Below are positions 1 to 7,220 of a DNA stretch of 64,000 bases, piece after piece. Position numbers and translations under genes: made by a program. This DNA comes from an uncultured virus (IMG/VR IMGVR_UViG_3300035698_018446) (taxonomy: Duplodnaviria; Heunggongvirae; Uroviricota; Caudoviricetes), in the IMG/VR virus record IMGVR_UViG_3300035698_018446; one strand, 5' to 3'. Positions within the stretch are counted from its first letter, which is position 1. Every line of letters starts with the position of its first letter. The notes beneath the pieces were generated by a model. It ran no database searches and had not been told where the DNA came from. It saw only the letters and a list, made by a program, of their open reading frames with translations.

Positions 1-93
1 GAGGAGGGTGATGTACCGTTCCACATGCTCTAAAACAGGGAAAACTACGTTGCAGATCTCGATCCCGTCAATCATCACGATAACCTTGAACAT
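1..93 (-). CDS. hypothetical protein (partial, runs off the window start)
   Basis: ATG at 93 on the minus strand after a purine-rich AAGAGAG; open to position 1 (MFKVIVMIDGIEICNVVFPVLEHVERYITLL...). Confidence 0.45.
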   Translation of the reverse strand, partial: MFKVIVMIDGIEICNVVFPVLEHVERYITLL

Positions 94-258
94 TTGATTC
101 TCTCTTTAACTAGGCACCGTTTCTTCCGGACTCCCGAACCTTTCGGGACTCTGTGCAACCGTCATCCTCATCACACGGACACATACGCAGGGGATCTCAA
201 ACCTGCAAGAATTCTTTTTAAAATTTTCTAAGTGTAGGTTAAACATTAGGAGGTCCCC

Positions 259-765
259 ATGTCTGCTGTCTTTGTTCGTGGTACGATTGTTGGCCGTGGT
301 GATCTAGATCTCTATACGGTGGATAACGCAAATCAGCCCGTCAATGTCTTCGAGATCACCTACGCGATCTATGATGCCACGACGGGTATTGACGTGCTTA
401 TTGGTAATGCACAGCGGGCTCCTATCAATCCTGACGTGGGCGAGTATTACGCGGCATTAGAGATCCCCTCCAATGCCCGCCCCGGTTTGTATCGTCTCCG
501 CTGGACTTTTAAAGAAAATGCCCTGTCTCTCTCCGTTCTCGTGGTAGAGGAGTTCACTGTTCTTGTGGAGGAAGCGATCAATCCGCTTAGTTTGTATTCC
601 CCCACGGTCCTCGATATGGTCCGTAGGCTCCGTATCCTACTCCGGGACAACTGTATTGATGGTGACGAGATCGTGAGAATCCGCTACCCTCAAGAGGGGG
701 GAGGGTATACGGAAATGAATGTATCTTTGCAAGACCTATTTCGAGGCATCAAACATGCACCCTGA
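259..765 (+). CDS. probable virion (neck/adaptor-like) protein, N-extein (131 aa) fused to split-intein N fragment (37 aa)
   Basis: AGGAGG SD; ...LRILLRDN followed by intein block A-like CIDGDEIVRIR (Cys codon 652-654); ORF stops 37 aa later. The virion role is inferred from context only. Confidence 0.75.
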   Translation: MSAVFVRGTIVGRGDLDLYTVDNANQPVNVFEITYAIYDATTGIDVLIGNAQRAPINPDVGEYYAALEIPSNARPGLYRLRWTFKENALSLSVLVVEEFTVLVEEAINPLSLYSPTVLDMVRRLRILLRDNCIDGDEIVRIRYPQEGGGYTEMNVSLQDLFRGIKHAP

Positions 766-907
766 ATTACAACCCCTTTTGGATCGGTATGGTCTCACCT
801 TGGCTCAGTTGCAAGCTGTTATGCCGGGAAAAAAGGCTGGGGATTTCAGGTGTGGACGGAACGTGATTATTTGCAGGAGGTGTTATCATGTGGGAAAAAG
901 TGATTGA
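755..907 (+). CDS. 50-aa Cys-containing micro-ORF between the split-intein halves
   Basis: GAGG then ATG at 755, overlapping the upstream stop; MHPELQPLLDRYGL...CGRNVIICRRCYH; overlaps the next start. Confidence 0.4.
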   Translation: MHPELQPLLDRYGLTLAQLQAVMPGKKAGDFRCGRNVIICRRCYHVGKSD

Positions 908-1754
908 AGCCTTTCAAGATGGGACACTGGAGATCCTATCCTACAACGAACAGGGCGCTGCGGAGTGGTGTCCTTTACAAGACGTGCATAGAAACCCTAT
1001 GCCCCCCATGCAAGACCTCTTACGCATCCACACAAGCTCAGGTGCGAGTCTTAGCGTCACTTCAGAGCATAGGGTTTATGAAGATCCCTTGTCCTGTGTA
1101 CCTGCGAAGGATCTAAAGGTGGGGAATAGGTTATCCGATGGGTCTTGTATCGTCAATATTGAGACAAGGCCCCTACCCCTTCACGTTTATGATGTCACTG
1201 TGGCGAATAATCATAATTTGATTCTTCTTAATTCCGGAGTGGCCGTTCATAACTGCCCCGACAGAAACTATCGTTTCAGGCCCCCCACGCACGAAGATAC
1301 TATTAACCGTTTCAATCGTGTCTTTGGATACATTTGGGAAGATTATGAGCTTGTCGAATACATGGAGCGCGGTGTTGACTTCGTGAATCTCTACCCCCCT
1401 GAAACTCAATTTAACTCTATTGACATCATGGCTCAGGCGAAGCCCGCTTGGAGGCAAATGATTCTCATGGCCGCCATGGCTCACGCCCTTATGGCACTGT
1501 CAATAAATTGGACCTCGGAGGAGTTTTCGTACTCTATCGGTGGGATTTCATTAGACATCTCAAAATCGTCTCAGTACGAATCGTTAAAAGGGAACGCGGA
1601 ACAACAGCTCGACAAAATGCTGGAAGCCAAGACTCGGACCGTTAAGATCATGAGAGGACTAAAGCAGAGCAGGTACGGCTTAGGTGTACGTTCCGCATTC
1701 GGACCAGTTTTGGGTGGTGGAGTGGTCTCCCCTAGAAAATACGTTGGCGTGTGA
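888..1754 (+). CDS. split-intein C fragment (122 aa) fused to C-extein (166 aa) of the same probable virion protein
   Basis: Own strong SD (AGGAGGT-N6-ATG); intein block B (SVTSEH, TxxH), block F (VYDVTVANNHNL) and block G (VAVHN/C; Asn 1251-1253, +1 Cys 1254-1256). Confidence 0.85.
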   Translation: MWEKVIEAFQDGTLEILSYNEQGAAEWCPLQDVHRNPMPPMQDLLRIHTSSGASLSVTSEHRVYEDPLSCVPAKDLKVGNRLSDGSCIVNIETRPLPLHVYDVTVANNHNLILLNSGVAVHNCPDRNYRFRPPTHEDTINRFNRVFGYIWEDYELVEYMERGVDFVNLYPPETQFNSIDIMAQAKPAWRQMILMAAMAHALMALSINWTSEEFSYSIGGISLDISKSSQYESLKGNAEQQLDKMLEAKTRTVKIMRGLKQSRYGLGVRSAFGPVLGGGVVSPRKYVGV

Positions 1755-1811
1755 ATCTTGTCAACATGAAAAATAGAGAAACTTTTTAGATCACGACCCG
1801 TCTCTGTGTTG

Positions 1812-1990
1812 GAGCGCGAACCCCTAGTGATCGTAGAAACCCTAGGAGGTCCGCGATCCCATAAGGTGTTGAGAATATTAGGTTCAATTAGAAGGTCGAT
1901 TTCCGTTGACGCCCTAAGTGATCTTGATTAGAAAGGTTCGCGGATGAGGGGTCTGAACATGGCCTGCTAGGCCAAGTTTAGACCCCCACC
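1812..1990 (+). promoter_or_regulatory. CRISPR leader with sigma70-like promoter and 5' hairpin
   Basis: GCGCGAACCCC...GGAGGTCCGCG and GGTTCGCG motifs reminiscent of type I-C leaders; TTGACG(1906-1911)-N17-TAGAAA(1929-1934); hairpin 1948-1986. Confidence 0.7.
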
Positions 1991-2171
1991 CTTTAGATCC
2001 CTCTTTGGAGGGGTCTTGGATTGAAACCGAGATTTAGGTGCAAGAAATCTGTGGTCATAATGCTTTAGATCCCTCTTTGGAGGGGTCTTGGATTGAAACA
2101 TGTCCAACTCGCCGTCTCGCATCGCGGTGGTCCACTTTAGATCCCTCTTTGGAGGGGTCTTGGATTGAAAC
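1991..2171 (+). CRISPR. CRISPR mini-array, 3 identical 37-bp repeats and 2 spacers of 35 bp, type I-C-like, no cas genes in window
   Basis: CTTTAGATCCCTCTTTGGAGGGGTCTTGGATTGAAAC at 1991, 2063 and 2135; 9-bp stem AGATCCCTC/GAGGGGTCT followed by the 11-nt TGGATTGAAAC handle. Confidence 0.95.
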
Positions 2172-2239
2172 TCATCATGAGCGCGGCGGGGATAGCGTGG
2201 TATTAGATTTCGTCCGCCCTATGTGGACTGATAAATCTA

Positions 2240-3895
2240 TTACCCATCCACAATAGCCTGAAGAGCTGCGATCATGTTACTCGGAAGTTTCGGTGACATG
2301 AGGTTTTCATCCACAGCCCTCAAGAAAAGCTCGGCAAGCCCTACCTTAGATTTGGAGCGGTTGAACTCTTTGAGGTAGTACCCATCATTATTAGGGTAAT
2401 TGTTCTTGTCAATACTCGTATGAAGCAACGACCTGTATTCTATCGCCAATTTAACGTCTAGCGCATAAAAATTGGTCCCCAAAATCAAGCCGTAACCTTG
2501 ATAAATGGTCCATGTGTTGAAGTTGTACTCCCTAGCGAGGTACATCTTGATCTTGGGTGCAGTCTTCGGGGCTTTCTTCACCCCTAAATTGATGAAGATG
2601 TCCTCCAAACTAACATAGTTCCCCAACCCATATATCCTTTCTGTAGGAGTCCAAATAGCAGGTAGAGCGTAGATTGTAGGATTATCGGGCTTGGTCAAGT
2701 TATGCCACTGCAACGCGGCCTTCAACCCCTTCGTGACATCTGTGGGCGAGATTACACCCTTCTTCATAGGTGTAGTGCTTACTGATAGACTCCAAATACG
2801 ACTATCTTTTCCACCCATAATATTATTGACGATCTCGTGCTTGCACGTCACATAAACAACGTTGGAGCCGGACGTACCGCAGGCGACGAAGCCATAAGTG
2901 TATTTAGAGCTTTCATCACCACTGTAGTTTCCGGGAGCGTCCACATCAGCCGTGCGCAATATCCATGAGATATTGGGGGGAAGGGTGACGGAAGCTAGAG
3001 CTTGCTCAAAAGTGACGGTTTCTCCCTTAGGCGGCTGGTAGTAAGACTTCTCAGCTTTGGGGGGTTCTTGCGAATCAGCACCCGCTAAGAAATCGGATTG
3101 GGACATTGAGCGTCCCCTCTTCGCTAAGAGCGGAAGTCCCTTCGAGAAATCCCAAACTTGAGAGATGGAGGCTACCCTAGGGTTCGCGGGCTTGGTCAGC
3201 GAGGCGCTCGCCAAGATAGAGGCTAGACCTTTTTGGATGGATGCGGCGGAAGTGTCAGGATCAAGGGCTAGCTTGGAAGCGTAAACCTTTGCTCTCCACA
3301 GATCCTCATCAGGGGTTGCAGGGTCCGTATAGGTGTTGTATGTATGGACCATGAGAAGAAAGAAATGCTGATTACTAGAGACACCATAAGCTACATTACC
3401 AAATTCTTGCTTCTGAACCTCGTTATCACTCCCATTTTTACTTGACCACACTTGCTCCGTCAGGAATACCCACTTCACGTCCGAAGGGATATTAACCTTT
3501 CCTATCGCTTCTCCGATAGTGACCACGGTCTTGGGTACCGTCTTAGGTCTAGGAGGCTCCTGATCGGGCCTAGGGGAGGGTCTAGGGGAGGGCCTAGGGG
3601 GAGCCTGAGAGGGTCTTGGGGGTGCGCTACGCGCGTACCCTCGCGAGGGTGCGCGTACCCCGTCAAGAATGTCTTTAGCGGCATTCAGCTCCACCATCTT
3701 ATCCATATCACCACCGAGATCAGGGTGGTGCTTACGGGCGAGCTGCCTCCAAGCGGACTGCACCTCTGATTTCGAGGGGGAAGCGCCAGACTGGAATCCT
3801 AAGGTCACGAGAGCATCATCCCAAGTGAGGTCAACGTTGGCGGCTTGGCGCGCGAGCCATGCCATGACGATACGACGGGTAGCGGAGCGGTTCAT
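2240..3895 (-). CDS. J-domain (DnaJ-like) protein with Pro-rich linker and a tandemly duplicated unknown domain
   Basis: N-terminal J-domain with HPD motif (AWRQLARKHHPDLGGD...ELNAAKDIL); SD GAGGTG; two copies of a VTxxEA...IPxxVxW...TKPxNP domain. Confidence 0.8.
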   Translation of the reverse strand: MNRSATRRIVMAWLARQAANVDLTWDDALVTLGFQSGASPSKSEVQSAWRQLARKHHPDLGGDMDKMVELNAAKDILDGVRAPSRGYARSAPPRPSQAPPRPSPRPSPRPDQEPPRPKTVPKTVVTIGEAIGKVNIPSDVKWVFLTEQVWSSKNGSDNEVQKQEFGNVAYGVSSNQHFFLLMVHTYNTYTDPATPDEDLWRAKVYASKLALDPDTSAASIQKGLASILASASLTKPANPRVASISQVWDFSKGLPLLAKRGRSMSQSDFLAGADSQEPPKAEKSYYQPPKGETVTFEQALASVTLPPNISWILRTADVDAPGNYSGDESSKYTYGFVACGTSGSNVVYVTCKHEIVNNIMGGKDSRIWSLSVSTTPMKKGVISPTDVTKGLKAALQWHNLTKPDNPTIYALPAIWTPTERIYGLGNYVSLEDIFINLGVKKAPKTAPKIKMYLAREYNFNTWTIYQGYGLILGTNFYALDVKLAIEYRSLLHTSIDKNNYPNNDGYYLKEFNRSKSKVGLAELFLRAVDENLMSPKLPSNMIAALQAIVDG

Positions 3896-4016
3896 GAGAT
3901 CACCTCGGTGTTAAGTAAGCACTATCGTCTCATTTTTATTAAAAAATCTTGAGCTTTTCTTTTCCGAATATCTATGCTTTGATGCGCGGGGGAAACACAC
4001 AATCAGGAAGGCACAC

Positions 4017-4439
4017 ATGATCAAGGATATGTCGGGTTGGATTCGGGAGATGGAGTCCATGGGGGGTTGTTACATATCGAAGAAAGACCAGAAAGACCTC
4101 TGGTTATGGTTGGGCACGATAGACCCTGAGCAACGCCTGTATTGGATGAAGCGTGTGCTTTCGCTTCCTCTCTCCAATAGCGTGATGACCTTCACGGCGG
4201 TTCAAAACATCTCGAATTATTCGGGTCACATGACCCCGGACTTCTTCAGCCTCACGCCCTACGCCGAAGCGGCGTTTTACGAACAGAAGGCGCGTGACGG
4301 TGAGACGATTATGGATTCCTTGGCCGCGAGCTTCATCATCCTCACTCCGTTTTACAAGACCTTGTGGGATGTCCGATCCGGGAGTACGCGGATAAGGGGA
4401 TCACATGCGGAGTGCTCTGGGAGCGTGAGCTACCCGTAG
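4017..4439 (+). CDS. hypothetical protein, C-terminally truncated paralog of 8445-9125
   Basis: Closely matches the N-terminal ~120 aa of 8445-9125 up to KTLWDVRSG, then diverges and stops early. Confidence 0.65.
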   Translation: MIKDMSGWIREMESMGGCYISKKDQKDLWLWLGTIDPEQRLYWMKRVLSLPLSNSVMTFTAVQNISNYSGHMTPDFFSLTPYAEAAFYEQKARDGETIMDSLAASFIILTPFYKTLWDVRSGSTRIRGSHAECSGSVSYP

Positions 4440-4450
4440 GCGGATAGACC

Positions 4451-4530
4451 TTGACGCCTCAAGTGATCTTGAGTAAAAAAGTTCGCGGATGACGGGGATG
4501 AACACGGCCTGCAAGGTTGGGTTCATCCCC
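4451..4530 (+). promoter_or_regulatory. second copy of the CRISPR-leader promoter and hairpin
   Basis: TTGACG(4451)-N17-TAAAAA(4474), GTTCGCGGATGA and hairpin GGGGATGAAC/GTTCATCCCC; homologous to 1906-1986. Confidence 0.8.
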
Positions 4531-4535
4531 ACATC

Positions 4536-4572
4536 TTTTAGCTCTCCATTAGGCGGGCGCTTGGATTGAAAG
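4536..4572 (+). ncRNA. solitary diverged CRISPR repeat unit (candidate crRNA mimic / Racr)
   Basis: TTTTAGCTCTCCATTAGGCGGGCGCTTGGATTGAAAG, 27/37 identical to the array repeat with the handle retained (TGGATTGAAAG); no second repeat follows. Confidence 0.65.
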
Positions 4573-4601
4573 AAACAGAATAAACAAACCGAAGCAGAGA
4601 T

Positions 4602-4994
4602 ATGAATCTCAAGAAAAAAGAAAAAGCTGATATTTTTGCTAGGATGTGCGGTCTATGTCCTGAGATTGATGCAGAGTTGCTCTTAATGCCTCCTGTTGAA
4701 GTACAAGGTCCAACACACAAGAATCCCTATATGGCTTCTTGGCGCTTGACGTTTGGCGTGAGTCGGCGTTCAACAGGATTCTGTGTGAGACCTGAAACAA
4801 TTGAACAAGCGATCTCGGACCTTGTTATACGAAAGGGAGACAGCATCATGATGCTCTTTGTAGTGCCCGAAGGCTCTTCAAAGATAAGCCCCCTGACGCA
4901 CACTTTTATCATGCGACTACCCTTGAGCAAAGAAGACTGTGCAAAGCTTCCAGAGGGCCTGCTCGAAACGCTCAAGCCCCTTATGGAAGGTTAG
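4602..4994 (+). CDS. hypothetical protein
   Basis: 130-aa ORF directly downstream of the solitary repeat. Confidence 0.6.
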   Translation: MNLKKKEKADIFARMCGLCPEIDAELLLMPPVEVQGPTHKNPYMASWRLTFGVSRRSTGFCVRPETIEQAISDLVIRKGDSIMMLFVVPEGSSKISPLTHTFIMRLPLSKEDCAKLPEGLLETLKPLMEG

Positions 4995-5182
4995 ATGCGC
5001 ATCTTGACGCGTATATGATCCTCTGTGTATGTGATGATTCCTGCGGATAGAAGATAGCACAGCTCCAGATACAAAGCTTCCTTATCCTCTTCCGGGTGTG
5101 CCTCCCATAAGGCTTGGACCAAAGCGCGGGGTGTCTTGGGTTCTTTTTGGAGTTCCCGACGGATTCTGTCTTCTGTGTTCAT
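4991..5182 (-). CDS. small protein, possible winged helix-turn-helix
   Basis: MNTEDRIRRELQKEPKTPRALVQAL...LCYLLSAGIITY; helical pattern ending in an LxxxGxIxY wing-like motif. Confidence 0.45.
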   Translation of the reverse strand: MNTEDRIRRELQKEPKTPRALVQALWEAHPEEDKEALYLELCYLLSAGIITYTEDHIRVKMRI

Positions 5183-5194
5183 GGGCAATCCTAG

Positions 5195-5228
5195 TGTTTT
5201 GTAGTGGTTACGCAACCACTACAAAACA
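5195..5228. repeat. perfect 15-bp inverted repeat with 4-nt spacer between two divergent small genes
   Basis: TGTTTTGTAGTGGTT-ACGC-AACCACTACAAAACA. Confidence 0.9.
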
Positions 5229-5266
5229 ATCTAGCACAAAACTTTCCCATCAGATACGCAAACGAC

Positions 5267-5479
5267 ATGATCTTAGGATCGTGTGACGATCACTTAAAGA
5301 AAGTACTATGCACTATGATGCTCAATGAAGATAGTGCGCAGGAAGACCTTATGCGTAACATTCTAAATAGATGCCCCGACATGATTACGATTGAAGTGGG
5401 CGGATTGCTAAGGCAGATTCAATCTTTAATGATAGAGGGCGTTATAGGTTATGCATTGTCTTATACAAAATTGAAATAA
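5267..5479 (+). CDS. small protein, possible winged helix-turn-helix
   Basis: MILGSCDDHLKK...IQSLMIEGVIGY; same LxxxGxIxY ending as 4991-5182. Confidence 0.45.
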   Translation: MILGSCDDHLKKVLCTMMLNEDSAQEDLMRNILNRCPDMITIEVGGLLRQIQSLMIEGVIGYALSYTKLK

Positions 5480-5529
5480 CTTCTAATAATTCTGCACCGT
5501 GGAGTTACGGTTTAAGAAAGAGGTTGGCG

Positions 5530-6858
5530 ATGTATGCATTTGATAAGGGTAATTGGGGCGTAGTAACGAACACGGTGCAACGGTATACGTCCCTGCACTT
5601 CGATAGTTCAAAGCTGCAAAGTATCTTAGCAAAGATGGTCTTTTCATGGCAAAGAGAACACCTCAAGGATCGTATTGATCGCTCTTACTTCATTCCCACT
5701 CCCGTAGTGGTGAAAGTCCTCAAGAGTCCAGAAGCTATCGAAGTAAAGACGGGCATAGAGATTGTCTTACCTGACGAGTTCGCAAAGCCCGACAACGTTC
5801 AGTATCAGGTGACTCTCACATTCGCGTTGCTCAGCGATAAGAAGACCTTTGAGATACCATCTTGCGAAGTGCTGATGGAGGGTAAAGGGCCTTTCACTTT
5901 CACGGGCGCAGAGATCAAGAAGAAGTTCAAGGTGGTGCTTACGCAGCCAGCTCAGAACGATGTTGACGGGTGGCGCAAGATGTTGCTACAGATGATGATG
6001 GGAGTGCATGAGACGGCGCAGGATTTCTTGGACAAGAAAGTTGGCCCCGCGCTGGCGAAAGACATTCAGCAAGGTCATGGCGGCGCGAAAGCATTGCCTA
6101 CAAATGCTGGCCGTCCTAGTACAAAACAGCAGACGCTGTTTGCTTCAAACAAAAAGGAGATTGGAATGAATCGTGAATTGGTGAGAAAAGGATTTGCACA
6201 TTTGGTGTCGAAAGTTCCGGCGGTCATTGCGCAGGACATGATGCATATTGAGAGTTACATGAAGCTGGCATCAAAGCCCGCGATGTCTCAAGACGCTCAG
6301 GCGAAGAAAGCTGTGTTTGCTTTTCTCCCAGCGGCGAAGAAAGCGGCGTTCAAGGATTATCGCGTCCCCATCCAAATCGCTCAAGGTTTATCTGAAGAGT
6401 ATATCGGTGGTAACGAGTATGATGGTCAGGATGTATGGTCGATGAGCATTGCGTACAAGATTCCCGGATCTTATTTCTTCGATGATCAACAGGCCGAACA
6501 CGAAGTTGAGCGCGCAATACGCAGAATTCCAAACCTGAATTTCGACGGTCTTGAGGTGCAGGGTCAAGATGAGAACCAGATATTGGTGATGTCTTTCTCT
6601 GTGTTCGGGGCATCGAATCGTGGTGTCACGGCTTCCGTTGTTATGAATCGTAAGAGTCTGTACGCTTTGATCCTCAAGACGCTACCCCTCAAGTATAGTG
6701 CAATCCATTATGATATGGCAATTTTTGCTCAGGTACTTCTAGGTGTGTTGGGGAAGCCTAATGTGTTCAAGACTGCGCAAGAATGGTCTGAGCTAGAATG
6801 GGTTGAAATGATCTTGAATCACTCGCGTCACTATGAAGGTCTCGCATTTCTGGAGTAA
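5530..6858 (+). CDS. hypothetical multidomain protein, possibly internal virion protein
   Basis: Long ORF, SD AGAGGT before ATG 5530; second in-frame SD and ATG at 6166. Confidence 0.7.
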   Translation: MYAFDKGNWGVVTNTVQRYTSLHFDSSKLQSILAKMVFSWQREHLKDRIDRSYFIPTPVVVKVLKSPEAIEVKTGIEIVLPDEFAKPDNVQYQVTLTFALLSDKKTFEIPSCEVLMEGKGPFTFTGAEIKKKFKVVLTQPAQNDVDGWRKMLLQMMMGVHETAQDFLDKKVGPALAKDIQQGHGGAKALPTNAGRPSTKQQTLFASNKKEIGMNRELVRKGFAHLVSKVPAVIAQDMMHIESYMKLASKPAMSQDAQAKKAVFAFLPAAKKAAFKDYRVPIQIAQGLSEEYIGGNEYDGQDVWSMSIAYKIPGSYFFDDQQAEHEVERAIRRIPNLNFDGLEVQGQDENQILVMSFSVFGASNRGVTASVVMNRKSLYALILKTLPLKYSAIHYDMAIFAQVLLGVLGKPNVFKTAQEWSELEWVEMILNHSRHYEGLAFLE

Positions 6859-6866
6859 AGGTTTTC

Positions 6867-7163
6867 ATGCACCTTGATTTCTCAGATACGGGGCACATTT
6901 TTCGTCACATCGATGGTCTGTTAAAGATCGGGGATTATGCGACGGTAGACGATCTCTTGCTCGTCATGTCTCTTGATGACTTTCAATCTACCATTCGTAG
7001 CCATCCTCATGGCGTGTTCGTGGCGCTCATGGCTTCTGCGCCTAGAAGTGCTAGACCGTATCTGTCGCACCTCTCTAAAGCGGTAGATAACATCGACCGG
7101 GTACTAGACAGTATGGGTTGGAGCGCGGAAGAGCGCCGATCTATCTTGAACGCATATCGATAA
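6867..7163 (+). CDS. hypothetical protein
   Basis: 98-aa ORF between the upstream gene and a terminator. Confidence 0.6.
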   Translation: MHLDFSDTGHIFRHIDGLLKIGDYATVDDLLLVMSLDDFQSTIRSHPHGVFVALMASAPRSARPYLSHLSKAVDNIDRVLDSMGWSAEERRSILNAYR

Positions 7164-7207
7164 AGAAAACCCCCTGCTTGATACACACCAAGCAGGGGGT
7201 TTTCTTT
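7162..7207. terminator. bidirectional intrinsic terminator
   Basis: AAAGAAAACCCCCTGCTTG-N8-CAAGCAGGGGGTTTTCTTT between convergent genes. Confidence 0.85.
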
Positions 7208-7220
7208 TCGGGAGAATTAC

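Noticed and set aside
2201..2237. Possible degenerate fourth CRISPR repeat (TATTAGATTT...)
   Set aside because: Only TTAGAT matches, the spacing is 29 bp rather than 35, and there is no stem or handle.
2038..2256. 72-aa ORF with repeated LDPSLEGSWIET
   Set aside because: It is just the translation of the CRISPR repeats (72-bp period).
3540..3665. GGGCCTAGGGGGAG-type short tandem repeats and a GC palindrome
   Set aside because: Explained by the PRPS/PPRP proline linker of the J-domain protein on the minus strand.
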